A stretch of 64,000 nucleotides of DNA from Gnetum montanum (taxonomy: Eukaryota; Plantae; Gnetophyta), in the NCBI GenBank assembly GCA_015680685.1, contig MNCI01003108.1:238241-302240 (forward strand), in the 5' to 3' direction. The notes under the pieces are model-generated. The model made no database searches. It was not told the origin of the DNA and saw only the letters and a program-made list of their open reading frames with translations. Shown one piece after another: positions 25,331 through 39,092 of this stretch. The position numbers and the translations under genes were made by a program. Positions within the stretch are counted from its first letter, which is position 1. Each line of letters starts with the position of its first letter.

Positions 25331-26221
25331 TGATAAATCCAATTTTCTTTTGCAAGAATGATATCCTAGATATGATATTGCATCTACAATATCCTAGCCA
25401 TCCTACATCATTGTTGATATGATGTCTCGGGAATTGTGTGACCCTATAAATACTCACACTTGGTCATACTAGCAACAACAATTTCATTCCACCCTTAGCT
25501 AGACTCTTGTAGTTTGTTTTTGTAGTTAGCAATAGTGTGAATGCCTGCAGTGTGGTGTTAAGTAGTTATATGGCATCTTTATTCTAGTAGATTATACTTC
25601 GGCATGGTTCATAAGTGGAAATAAATATCAAGATTTTTTTCCACCATTGTAGCATCCACATAGTTCTTTTATTGCACTTAGCTAATTTCTTACTTAGTTT
25701 AATTTCCATGTTCACTTTAGCTTAGTTCTTTACATTTCCAAAGCACTTTACATGTTCATTAGTAAGGCAGAATGAGTACAACTGGTTTTGAGCATTAAAT
25801 GTAATCATTTGGTAACCCAATAGTGGTTTCACTTAAGTCACTCAGTACTGAACTCATTTGGTAATTCCAATAATGGTTACATAAGCCTAAGATGTGACTG
25901 ACAAGCTAGGATTTGATGCTCATCAGCATAGGCTAGAGTAGATTTACATTCGTGTCATTACTTAGAATTAGATTTTAATCTCACTTTCACTATATTTACA
26001 ACTAGGAGTAAATTAATTGAAACAACATCAACATATCATATGCCTCACTAAGAGTTAACCATACACTTGAACTTCACTAACTCAAAGTAGGAAGACAATG
26101 ATCATGAGCCTACTATCAACTCTTAGCATACTTACATTATCAATTCACAGATTATGATCTAGTTGTGTGTTTGCACTCATGACTTGTATTGTGGAGTGTT
26201 GGGATACTCTACTACTCATCA
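25331..26221 (+). repeat. 5' LTR of element C
   Basis: TGATAAA...CTCATCA; colinear with 45973-46871. Confidence 0.9.
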
Positions 26222-26241
26222 TTAGCACCATTGTTGAGGAT
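26222..26241 (+). other. Decayed tRNA-Asp-type PBS
   Basis: TTAGCACCATTGTTGAGGAT equals TTGGCGCCGTTGCCGGGGAT with only G>A and C>T changes. Confidence 0.8.
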
Positions 26242-26749
26242 GTATCAATGTTTGCTTAATAGTTGATCTCATAGAGTTTGTTGTATCAAAACAAAAAAAT
26301 TTATTCTTTACATTCTTAATAGATCTTAATAACACACATACACACACATCTAAAGCATCAAGCATACAACATGACTTCAACACTTATGGAGAAGTTATCA
26401 TCTGCTTAAGAGACACAAAAAAGTCATGACAAGAAATATGATGACAAAGACTGAAGTGCACCTATGCAAACCAGGATTTCATACGCTCATACCGATTCAT
26501 ATTATCTTAACTTCACCTTTATCTTTCATCAAGATGAACAACTAAGGTTAAGAGATTTCCAAGGTAATGTATTTTTACCTCCTAAACATTTAGCACCATC
26601 CATGCCTAAGGAAATGTTAATGAGGTTGAACCTTGGCCATGCACAAGAAGGGTATTAGGCTACTAAATGTGGAACTTTTTGGTGTGTTAAAACATTAAGT
26701 AAAATGGAGATAAAATATGTATGTGTGGTTGTTGTGATTGTAGGACCAA

Positions 26750-26897
26750 GATGAGATGACAAAGAAAGCATTAGTGTAATTAGAAAGAGAAGGTGATGAG
26801 ATGACAAAGAAAGCATTAGTGTAATTAGAAAGAGAAGGTGATGAGATGACAAAGAAAGCATTAGTGTAATTAGAAAGAGAAGGTGATGAGATGACAA
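26750..26897 (+). repeat. 45-bp tandem repeat, 3 perfect copies plus a partial one, in the Copia 5' LTR
   Basis: GATGAGATGACAAAGAAAGCATTAGTGTAATTAGAAAGAGAAGGT at 26750, 26795 and 26840. Confidence 0.95.
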
Positions 26898-28084
26898 GGA
26901 ATGTACTACAAAAGGAGAAATTCATCCACATGGTCTCAATGGTTCATCCACCAAAGGCAAGCTTAAAGGAAAAGAATTCAAAGAAAGTGGACAAGTAGTG
27001 TTGTCATCATTGAAGCATGCAAAAGATTAATGTTGTAGACGAGGAACGATGAATTCATCATGCAAAGAAAGGTTGAAGAAAGACATCTCTAAGAAATAGT
27101 AGACGTCTTGGCATAATTGGAGGATGCATAGGTAAAGATGTCTTCAGGAAATAGTAGACGTCCTTCCTTAGGCAAAGACATATTCCATCAAGTAGAGACA
27201 TATTCACAAAATGCAAGCCAGTTTCAAAAAGATGTCTTCCATTAGATAAAGACGTCTTCCGAGAATAGAGATTTGAAAAAGACATCTTTCCCAAACAAGA
27301 ACGTCTTCCTAGAATAGAAGGAAAATATAGAAAGATGTCTCAAGCACCAAGAAGATGTCTTCCATGATCAGTAGTGACTATTCGCTTACTGTTACATAGG
27401 TTTCAAGATGGATTTGAAAACATGATAACTATGAGAAGACACCATATGCATTGAAAAGTGTGCATGCTTATGTGTAATCATTCTATAATCATTTTGTCAA
27501 TCATTGTGATATGTGTTGCTCTTCATTATATCATCATTTGTACACTATAAAGTGTGCTATACCTCAAAGTGTAAGGATTAGCAAACTAAGTTGCATTTAT
27601 CCCTTGTAATTATTCTCCTTTGTTGCCTTGTGGGGTTGATGTGCTTCTTGCAGGAAGGCATCTTGCTTGAGCTTGTTAGGACTCTACAAGACTGAGTGAT
27701 TAGTGTTGCAGCACAACACTTCAGAGTAGAGCTCAATATTGTAAAGATTATGGAAGCCTAGAAACCACATTTCAAGCTTGATGAAACCTTACAAGGTTGA
27801 GTGGTTGATGTTGCATCATAACACTCCAAAGTAGGGCTTGAAGATTATATAGGTTGTGGATCCTTCAAACCACATTTGAAAGCAACAAAGTTTGAAGGTT
27901 TGCTTGCAATCTACCCTTTGAGTGTTGACTACCCAAGTTGGGAAACCACACTAATTTTGTATGTGTGCTTTAATTCATAAAGTTTTAATTTGCAAAACTT
28001 ATTCATCCCTCCCTTCTAAGTTCAACAATCCACAAGTGGTATCAGAGCTTGGTACTCTTCTTTGTCATCATCAACTTCAAGAGT

Positions 28085-29150
28085 GAACATTGGAGGGAAC
28101 ATCTTACACAAAGCCACCCACCCATGTTCAATGGATTCAACTTTGCCTATTAGAAAGCAAGAATGCAAGGTTTCTTTAAATTCATGGAGTTTGAAGTGTG
28201 GGAGTCAATCCTTGAAGGCTAAGATCTGCATATCGATAGCTCCATCAGCATCATCAAGCCTTGAAAAAAATGGAAACAAGAGGAAAAGGATAAGTTTATG
28301 TTTGATTCAAAAGCTAAAAATTGTTCATATTGTGCATTCAATAAATTTGAATTTAATAGAATAGCATGATGTAAAATGGCCAAAGAAATTTGGCAAACTT
28401 TAGAAGCTACTTATGAAGGAACATCTATTGTTAAGCAATTAGAATTGTTAGTTTTACAAAGTGAATATGATAAACTCAAAATGAGAGAAGGTGAGAAAAT
28501 AAAAGATCATTTCTCTAGAGCTAATGATCTTGTTGTAGCTATTAGAGGAACAGGTAAAGATTTTCTTGAAAGTGATGTCATCGTCAAGATTACCAAAGCT
28601 CTACAATTAGAGTTTAGACCAAAGGTCACAACCATGGAGGAGTTTAGAAATTTCTCAACCTTAAAATTTGAAGAGCTTCAAAGTGTTCTCATTGCTTATG
28701 AAATGAATCTCATAAGTGAAGAAGCAATCCTAGAAAGACCTATTACTCTGAAGATTGCCTCTAAGGAGAAGGAGTTCAATGAACATGATGAGGGTAGCGA
28801 AGATGAGATGACCCTTCTCTCAAGAAAGCTACAACGATTGCTAATAAGAAGTAACAAGGAAACATCAAAACAAAGACTCAATTTGTTAAAAGGTAGAGAA
28901 AGAGGTAGAAATTTTTAAAATTCTAACTTAGATTTCTATTCTATATAATGTTGGGATTGTGGAGGAAAAGGCCATATAGCCTTTGAATGTCCTAGTGATA
29001 GGAATGTACAACCAAGGAATAGAACCAATGATGAGGAACTAAAAAAGACCAACTTTTATACAAGTTGGGATGATGGTGAGCAAAGTGAGGAAGAAGTATG
29101 TAACTCTTTCAAGGATTCACATCTCATATGCATGGTGCTTATAAATGAAA
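28085..29150 (+). pseudogene. Copia (SIRE-like) gag with UBN2-like region and CCHC zinc knuckle
   Basis: 'KPPTPMFNGFNFAY*KARM', 'AKEIWQTLEATYEGTSIVK', 'FRPKVTTMEE', 'CWDCGGKGHIAFEC' (~28948-28990). Confidence 0.88.
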
Positions 29151-32100
29151 GTTCTTGACATATAACTAAATAAGATGGTAAGTGTGACAAGAGGTATAGT
29201 GAATTTAAAGAAGAAATTTTTCTTTTACATCATTTGATTATGAACGCTAAGAAACTAGTACTTTCTAAGCTAGATGCTATTCATGCTAAAATGATAGAAG
29301 GGATCTTAGACATAAAAGTTGAGACTCACCAATTAACCTCTTTTAATAAGGATTGCGGTAAAGTTCAAGAAGAGGAGACTCTTGAAAAATAGCCAAGGAA
29401 TTTAGAGGAAGTAACACACAAAAATTCAAGCTCAAGCTCAAGCATAATAAGGTTTGATAATTTTGATCATCAAGATAATACCTTGTTTGTTTGTAAAAAT
29501 TGTGGATGTAAGTAGACTCTTAACTATACTCATGATGATCAAAACAAGTTTAACGCTTGGTCTTGTCAAAAAGGCTTTGGTAAGGAAATTGTTCAAGTAC
29601 CAATTAGTGAGAATGAAGAGAAGTGATGAATTGAAGATGATGCAATAAGTGATCAAAGGTTCTATCGTAAAAAGCATGAACAAATAGAGACATTACACAT
29701 ATAATCTAATGAGAGAGAACCAAAGGATGAGGTGGTACTTCATGATAGGGGACCTCATCTCAAACTTCATTAATCTTCTCTTCTCCTCTACAAGCAACGT
29801 AAGTCAAGGTAAGCTTCCATCTCTTTGCTTACTAGTTAATACGGTATTTGAAGTCCAAAATTATTTTTCTTGAAAAATGGTGGAATAATTATTTAGAGCA
29901 TCCCTTACATTCAATTTTGAGCTTGACATAATTGGTTCTATGAACATATGTGTGTAGCTCTTATTTTGATTTCCTTTGGATCATTATCTTATTTTTTTTG
30001 TCATGTTTAATCTAAACTTATTGTGACGATCTACTTCTAAGCTCATGCCCTTTGGGATATTTTTTCTATTTATGAAATAAAACACATTTGTGAAAAATCC
30101 TATCAATATTACTAATTGGAGATCTTAGTCTCCACATTTGAGCTTAATGTTGACCTACAGTTGTAGTGTGTTTGTGATTTATAACAATTGTACATTAATA
30201 GCCCAAGATAAGTAGCACATGTGTCGGGGGAGCCTATTCCTCATTATCCATCACCATGTTAGAGATCACCAATGTAGGAGTAATCTTTGGAGACTTCAAC
30301 CAAGAGACATTGAAATAACAAAATATTCCAAAATGAGCAAGATAAGGACACCAAGAGGTATTTTTTCTTTTAAGAGGATGGCTAAGTCTTAAATTTGTGA
30401 TCTCCTTTGGCATGATTATCATTTCATTTTTGAAAATTAATTTTATTTGTGGCATTGTCTTATACAAAAAGAAAAATATGCATGTTTCTTTCATGACTTC
30501 CATATCCTTTGTGTTGATGTATTCCACATTTCTTGTTGAATATAAATATACAAGTTCTAATGATATATTTATTTCAATTAAATAGGTTGCTTGATATACA
30601 CTTAGTTTTTAACATCAAATTATGTGTTGTTGGTTTTTTTTTATTAGTTGTAGATCCTTATTTTGAACTGATAAGAGTAAGTCTTAATGTATCATCAGCC
30701 CACATATTTGATATTCAAGCATAAGTTGAAGTAAGAAGTAAATATATCTTTATGAAAGAATGCAAATAGTGATATTATTCCTTACAACAATATGAGCAAG
30801 CACATGATGATTTTAATTATGGGAAAGTATCCACAATTTGATTAAAACATCTTTTGAATAGTTTGCCTTGAGATGTACTTCCTAGCTCAAGAATTTAAAA
30901 TATGGCATGTTTGATCTCACATTGTAAAGATGTATTTCCCTTATCATATAAGATATGCCCTAATCTTTTGCTGATGTTTTTAAAAGGACAAAGAATATTT
31001 TAGCATTAAAAACACTATGCACTATAAACTACTAATGATTTATTTGAGACAAGTTACTTGATCTTCAAGACTTATAGTTCACTTCAAGCTTTAAGTTTGA
31101 GTATCAGTTGGAAAGGCTTGGATTAGTTCTTGATAAATTCAGGATAACTCCTCATGGAACTTCGTGCTAAAAAATGTATGCTCTTTAATTAATATTGTTG
31201 CCTTCTAAATGCTTTTTTTTTTGGATTCTAACATGATTGTTGATTATGCTTATTTTATACTATGCATTTATGATGACTCTTTTTCCACTTTATGTGCCTT
31301 ATCCTTTGTTTCTATTCAAATAGGGGGAGAGTAGTGTGGTTATATTTGTATGATTACTAACCTATTTTCTTAAGTTTTGAACATCATCAAAAAGGGGGAG
31401 ATTGTGGACCTTTTAGTGTGTCAAAATGTTAAGTAAAATGAAGACAATAGATGTATGTGTGGTTGTTGTGGTTGTAGGACCCAAATGAGATGACAAGGAA
31501 TGCATTGGTGTAATCAAAAAGGGAAAGTGATGAGATGAAAAGGAACACACTAGTGTAATCAAAAGGAGAAAGTAATCCACATGGTCTCAAGGGTTCATCC
31601 ACAAAAGGCAAGCTTAAAGGCAAAGAATTCAAAGAATGTGGATAAGTAGAGTTGTCATTATTGAAGCATGTGAAAGATCAAGGTTGTGGACAAGGAACGA
31701 TGAATTCATCATGTAAAGAAAGGTTGAAGAAAGACATCTCTGAGAAATAGTAGACGTCTTGGTAAGATTGGTAGATGTACAGGCAAAGACATCTTCAAGA
31801 AATAGTAGACATCTTTCCTCAGGCAAAGATGTCTTCCATCAAGTAAAGACATCTTCACAGAATGCAAGCCAGTTTCAGAAAGATGTCTTCCATTAGACAA
31901 AGATGTCTTTCAAGAATAGAGATTTCAGAAAGATGTCTTTCCCAAACAAAGGTGTCTTTCCAAAATAGAAGGCAAATATAGAAAGACAACTCAGGCATGA
32001 AGAAGACATTTTCCATGACCATTAGTGATCGTTCACTAGCCATTACATGAATTTCAAGATGGTTTTGGAAACATGATAGCTATAAGAAGACATCATATGC

Positions 32101-32689
32101 ATTGGAAACTCTACAAGCTTATGTGTAGTCATTGTACAATCATTTTGTTAATCATTGTGATCTTTGTTGCTCTTCATTGTATCTTCATTTGTACACTATA
32201 AAGTGTGTTGTACCTCAAAGTGTAAGGATCAGCAAACTAAGTTTCATTTATCCTTTGTAATTGTTCTCCTTTATTTTCCTACGGGGTTGATGTGCTTCTT
32301 GTAGGAAGGCATCTTGCTTGAGCTTGTCGAGATCCTACAAGATTAAGTAATTAGTGTTGTAGCACAACATTCTGAAGTGGAGCTCAAAATTATAAAGATT
32401 GTGGAAGCCTAGAAACCACATTCCAAGCCTAATGAAACCTTGTGGGGTTGAGTGGTTGGTGTTGCAACACAACACTCTGTATTAGGGCTTGAAGATTGTA
32501 TAGGGTGGGGATCCTTCAAATAATATTTAAGAGCAACAAAGTCTAAAGGTGTGCTTGCTATCTACCATCCAAGTGTGGACTACCCAAGTTGGGGAGCCAC
32601 ATTAATTTTATGTGTGTAATTTAATTCATAAAGTTTAAATTTTGGGAACTTATTCATCCACCCCCCTTCTAAGTTCAAAGATCCACACT

Positions 32690-35085
32690 AAACACATGAC
32701 CAGGCCATATCAATCCACAAAAGTACAAGTGAGAAGTGATGTTCTCATGAAGACAAGACATGAAAACAACAAAGGAAGAGGAGTCAACTACCATGTTGTC
32801 CTAGAGGAAATGAATGATGATGCATTCTTAATGGAGAAACTCCACCAAATTCATGAATCCCATTCATAGACACCTATCATTCATCAAGAGGAACTTGGCA
32901 AGGTACAATTGCATTAAATCCTTGCAAAGACACTAAGAAGAGGTGCAGAGGAATCTAAACATAGGTGAAGCTCAAGGCCTACAGCTATTGTGGAACCACA
33001 ATGGGATGAATCACTAAGTCACAGTAGGAGAATCAACCAACATTGTTCTCCAACTGCTTCCTCTTCCTCCTCATGATCATCAACAGAATCCAAAGAAGGG
33101 AACAAAGAACTAGAGATTACAATAAGGAAAGATGAAGGGATCATAAGAAACATGAATATAGCATAAGGTATCTTGATGAAGAAGAAGAAGAAGAGTAGGA
33201 ACAATGAAGAGATAGGATTAGACATGAAGAGAGAGAGCACTATGTGCACTAAAGGGGACACCACTACAATAGAGCTTACAAACTTGATGATCATGAAGAA
33301 CCCCTACTGGCCACTCGTAATATGATTAATATCAGAGAAGTAATATATATCCTAACTAGGCATGTAAGGGATAGTTGCATCAAGTAACTGGACATGAATA
33401 ACATTTCCAAATTTAAGGGTGGATAGAATGCTAATCCACAATACCATCTTCAAGCATTCCATGATGCTTGTGCCATTCAAAATATTGAAAATATTGGCAA
33501 AAATTAAAGTTGCTCTCTAGAATACTCATTAAGAAGGCAAAGAGCTGGTATAGATTCTTAGAATCAAAGTTAATTTGAAGATGGAGTACCATGTTAGAAC
33601 TTTTTAATGACAAGTATCAAACTTACTCAAGAGTGTCTACTTTGAGAAAACAAATCCAAGGATGGAAGTAAGGGACATATCAATCCCTTAATGCAACAAT
33701 GGGCAAATATTATTCTCTATTGCATAAATGCCAAGGCCATGGATTTTCACAAAGGGAACAACTAAAGCATATCATTGATGGGTTAATAAACAAGACTAGA
33801 AAAATCCTTGGGGTCTATGCCTAATGAAGATTATCAAAAATAAAAACCCATCAAATTCAAAGATTGATAGACAATGTGGTAAAAGAGGAAGGATAATTAA
33901 AGAAAAGAGAGTCACCTGAAGAGTATAATCAAGATCTATCGATAAGGAAACAAGATTTTAGAATGTGTGGCAAATAAGAAGATGTCATTCAAAAGAAGAC
34001 TCTACCAATTTAGAAAACGGTCAATGATATAACAATGAAGGTAGAGAAAATGTGGAACTCAGTGGATGAGAAATTCGCTACAACTCTCAAGATAGTAGAA
34101 GAAAAGACTAAATAAAAGCTAAATAAAGGCAAGGATAAAAAGAACAGAAGAGATAAAAGATAATAGATGAGAAAATTACAAGCATAAAGAAAAAGTTGCT
34201 ACAATTGAGGAATGTACAAACTCCAAGTCAAAAGAAAAGGAAGGATGTTCAGTGTGCAAATAAGGGATGTTGCCCTATTATGGCCCACTTGCAAGAGTCT
34301 AGGGCATATGTACTTAATCTGATATTCATCAAGACACCCCCAGGATGGTTACCTTAGCCATAGGGTAATCTTAGAAAACCCTTCCAACCATCATACTATC
34401 TAAGCGAAGCCTATCTTCATCCACAAGAGTAATACCAGTAGTAGTGGTAACAACCACAAGCATGGGGAACCAAATCCATATAAGCAACCAAATCCTTATG
34501 GATATTATGTTCAACATCCAATCTAATTATTATCCATTAGAGTGTTATAGGTTCACTATTCCAAGGATGGATCCTAATCCTTACATACATCAACCAACAA
34601 TTGGTTCATCAATCCAACCACCCAATTCTCTACCACCAGTGCCACCAACGATTATGCAATGGAAATTGCCAACACAACCACAACAAAAGAATGCTACTAA
34701 AGTAGTAAACACATAGGAGGAAGTCATCATGAATGAACCCTAGTCCAAGAAACACCCATTCTTCCGAATAAGTATAGAAAGGGTTCAAAGGATGGGAACT
34801 TCATCTACATCAATTGCATCTACACATACTGTTCAAGGGAACACAAGGCTTCTACATTCGACCAATCCAAATATGACTACCATCATGCTCACTCAAACTA
34901 TCATGCATTGGAGTAAGGTATGAGTGCTTTCCCAAAAGAGAATAGATCCAGGAAGTCCATTAATATATCTCAAAATAGTAGGACATAAACCATGCAAAGC
35001 TTTATTAGATTTTAGATTAGGAGTAAATCTAATTTCACAAGATATGTATAGAGCCTAAAATATTTCTCCACTAAAGAACAACAAT
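32690..35085 (+). pseudogene. gag and N-terminal half of the protease of element C
   Basis: 'YHLQAFHDACAIQN' (~33443), 'MAHLQESRAY' (34279, shared with D 5238), protease 'ALLDFRLGVNLIS' (~35000). Confidence 0.75.
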
Positions 35086-38000
35086 TTTTTATGGAAGAAT
35101 TGAGCAATTGAACATTTTGGAAGATGTAGAGGTTGTCTGAAGGATCTATAATCATGGATGATGCTTAGATTATAAAGATTTGATGTTTAAAGATCATAAA
35201 GAAGGAATCTTAGAAAAGAAGGTTTATTAGATGTATTTGAGATGAAGTGTCGTAAAAAATATGGTCAAGTATAAGACTTAAGAAAGTAATCATTGATTAT
35301 TAAAGTGTCTTGGAGGAACAAGATGATGTGGAATTAGTTGTCAAGTATAAGATACAAAAGTTATACAAGTGGGACCTCCCCAAAGATGGCTTCAACCCTT
35401 AGTGTCATTGTATAACCATACATATAAGTGTCCATAGACACTTAGGGAGTTGAATGAACATACCTGTCTTGTGGAACACACATGTTAGTATCATCAAGTT
35501 GAAAAAATAACATTATATTATACAAAACCATAAAATTATGATAAAATATACCAGTGAGGTAAACTGAGATAAGAAGGGATTGTAGAAATTGAGATGTGAG
35601 GTATCTTACCATAGGAATAATGGATTTTTATGTGATATATGGTTAAAGTAATCATTAGCCTTTCTATCGAAGATCCAACCCAAGTTCATACCACTTACCA
35701 ATGACATCACATTGTATCATCCCAAAACTAGCAACCATAAGACTACCACTACTAAAAGAAGTATTACCACTTGGTAATGTTGTTCAAGGAAGGAGTTTAT
35801 TAATAACACACTTTATTTTTGAGATTTCTAAGAGGCTACCTACCTTCAGGCATGGGCAATATGTTTTTCTAGTGAGAACTCTAGAAATTTTATTCTATGC
35901 ATTTATTATATTTATACTGTGTCAACCTTACTAGAGGACTATCTTCAAGCATGGGTAACATATCTTTCCAATGATATGGTAAGGTAACATTTATTATAAT
36001 CATACTTCCATTTTTCATTAGAACTCAAGATAATAATACAATCTTAACAGCAAGATAAGACTACTAGTAGTAGTCTTTGAGAATCCACAAATCCTGTTGA
36101 TGTCATGCCCTTTTCATTTCCACTTGGTTCTTCTCTTTTCTACCCAATCATAATGATCACAAGTTTATTTTAGTTTTATTATGGAAAGAATATCATTATG
36201 ACCATGGTACAAACCTCTTATTACTAGAAATGAGTGGATGGATGATGAGGTCTCACTATATATTGAATCAGTCCTTCATGATTTGATAATATAGGATAAT
36301 CTTCATCTTATTGGGCCTACATCTTACTTTATTCCTTTGCACTTTATTGGACAAATCAACAAAAATATGTACCAAAAAAATAACGAAAATGATAGAAAAT
36401 GATAAAAAATGGAAAAATAGAGAAAGAATTTAAAAGATATCAAAGAATAACAAATGATTAAGAAATGGAAAAGTATAAAAAATGAAAAGACATCAAAGAA
36501 TGTAAAAATGTAATAAGAAAAGAAAAATATTCAATACAGTGCCTAAGTGTTACATGGGACACCTCCATGACTATTATTAGAAATAGTCAACCAAAAGATA
36601 GAATGGGTTGAGGATAGTTTAGTGAGCTACGTAGAATCCACAGAGGAGTTGGGATGTTCATAGTATGGTTTGACTTGTTGAATATTGACTAGAATAAATT
36701 TGTGTGAGCTAGCCCGATGGTAAATTTGCATGGTGCCTGTGGGGTATGTTTCATGGATGATCTAGAAACCTTCCCATAAGGTTTGGAACTTAGCCTTCTA
36801 TGGTACATGATTGGGATTATAATATAGAACTTTATCACCTGATTAGATTGATACTTACTGTATGCATGCGTCATGCCTACATTTGGAGTATTTCTGATGT
36901 ATTTCATTTCTCATCAAGGGTACAAGTTTATCTTCCTCTAAAAGGTTAATGTTCATGAGATAATCTTTCTAAGCTAAGCTTAGGTCTAAGTTAACTTTAC
37001 TAGCAACAGCTAAGGTTTCTAGCTCTACTTAGATTGGTAGTGTGGAAAATTTTCCATAGACTAGCTCATGGGACAAGTATCCATTGGAAAATTTCCATGT
37101 GGTCTTATATGCCTATAGATCATCATTCAATTTAGTGCTCTGATCCTTTCTAAATCAACTAACTATTCTAGTTGGCATTCTTGTGATTTCCTCATTAGTC
37201 ACTTTTGCATAACCATTTTCTTTGGGGTGGTATTTTGTAGTTAGTTTGTAATTCACCCTAAGTTGTTGCATTAACTTTTTAAATGTAGCTCCTGTGAAAT
37301 GTGTTCCATTGTCAAATATGAGCATACATGGTACTCCAAACCTATTTACCACATGTTGTTGAAAGAATTTAGTAGTTGTTTTGGCTAGGCAATCCTTGAC
37401 TATAGTTTCTTCTACCCATTTGATACAATAATCAATTGTTACTATAATATATGCTTTCCCATTAGATATCAATGTGATGGGCCCCATAAAGTTAATTCCC
37501 AAGATGTTAAATCCCTCTAGTGGCTACATCCATTGTTTTGGCTTTTCATGTCGAGTTGTTATTCCTCCATCATGTTGACATCTTTCACAAGACTGGGTGA
37601 AGTTGTATGTGTCCCAAAATATGGTAGTCTAGAAGTAGCTTGCCATCATCAATGTCAGTGCTATTGTGTGCCTTGCGTAATGACCACCACATTGTTCTTC
37701 ATGTGCATCTTATAGAATTCTTTATTGGTTCTCTTCTGGAATACATCATCTCACTAATCCATCAGCATAGATCTTGTAAAGATTTTCATTGATTTCCATA
37801 TATCGCTTCACTTTATGGAGGAACTACTCTTTTTGTTTCCTATTCCACTCAACAAGAAGTTCTTGTGTGATAAGATAAGTCATGTAGTTAGTAATCCATG
37901 ACTTCTCTATTGAGTTGGCAACCATTGTTTTCTTTGTGAACAAATTCTCATCAAGAAACTAGTCTAATAATGATTCTTCTTGCTCCTGTGGTTTCCATCT

Positions 38001-39092
38001 TAGCATTGACAAGTGAATTGTGACATTGTCTATTCATTTTTTGTCGATCATAGTGATGTTAAACTCTTGTAGTATTATGGGTCATCTTATCACCCTTGGA
38101 CTCACCACTATTATATTCATCAAAAATCTTATTACACTACGATCCATGTTGAGAGTGTCTAAACTTTTCCAGTACATACACCATGACCATAAGCTCCTTC
38201 TTCGAGGTGTTCTAGTTGAGTTCTACTTTGATGATGCTTCGACTATGATAGTGTATGTAGTATGGCCTCTTTTGATCATCAAGTTGAGTCAATACTACAT
38301 CCATTGCATAATTTGAAGCATCTATCATAATTTGAAAGGGCTTAGGCTAATTTGGAGCTTGAAGGATTGGTGTTTCAATTTGCTTATGTTTTAGTGTCTT
38401 AAATGTCTTCTCAAATTATTCTGTCCATTAGAATGATGTATCTTTCTTTGATAATTCTACTATCATTTTTGTTATTTTTTAAAGACTTTTCGATGGATCT
38501 TCTATAATATCCTATATGGCCCAAGAATGATTGGACATCCTTAATGATTTTTGGCCTCTAGGAAATATTTTAAATGATTCTTACCTAATCTAGATCTACA
38601 TCTATTGCTTTTTGTGATGTCCTATGTCCTAGAAAAATCTCACCTTGGACCATTAAATGGCTCTTTTTCCAATTGAGCTTCAAACTGGTTTCAAGACATC
38701 TTTTCAATATTTGCTGCAGTTAGTCCAATGTCTGCTTAAAATCTAGTGCATAAATAGAAAAATCATCCATAAATACCTCTACACCATTACCAATATGTTT
38801 TTGGAAAATACTCAGTACTAGTCTTTGAAAAGTAGTGGGCGCATTACACAAGCCAAACAACATTTGCTTGCAGGCAAATGTCCTCCAGGAATTGGTGAAT
38901 GTGACCCTCTCTTAATTTTTCGATGCAATGTGGATTTGGTTATACCCACTATACCCATCAAGAAAACTATAGTACTAATGTCCTACTATGATATTGACTA
39001 TCTGGTCAACAAATGGTAGAGGAAAATGGTCCTTGAATGTTGCTAAATTCAATAACCAAAAATCAATGAAGACCCTCCACTTGTCACCTTTC

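Larger units (their letters stand above)
26668..32687 (+). mobile_element. Non-autonomous Ty1/copia element, SIRE/Maximus-like, TSD CTAAA
   Basis: LTRs 26668-28034 and 31403-32687 (TGTGGA...TCCACA); PBS TGGTATCAGAGC 28037-28048; PPT AAAAAGGGGGAGAT; extra GGGGGAG tracts at ~30225 and ~31322; U5 ATTCATCCxCCCC(T)TCTAAG; gag only. Confidence 0.93.

Noticed and set aside
26750-26897. CRISPR-like array
   Set aside because: Head-to-tail repeats without spacers inside a plant Copia LTR; no cas genes.
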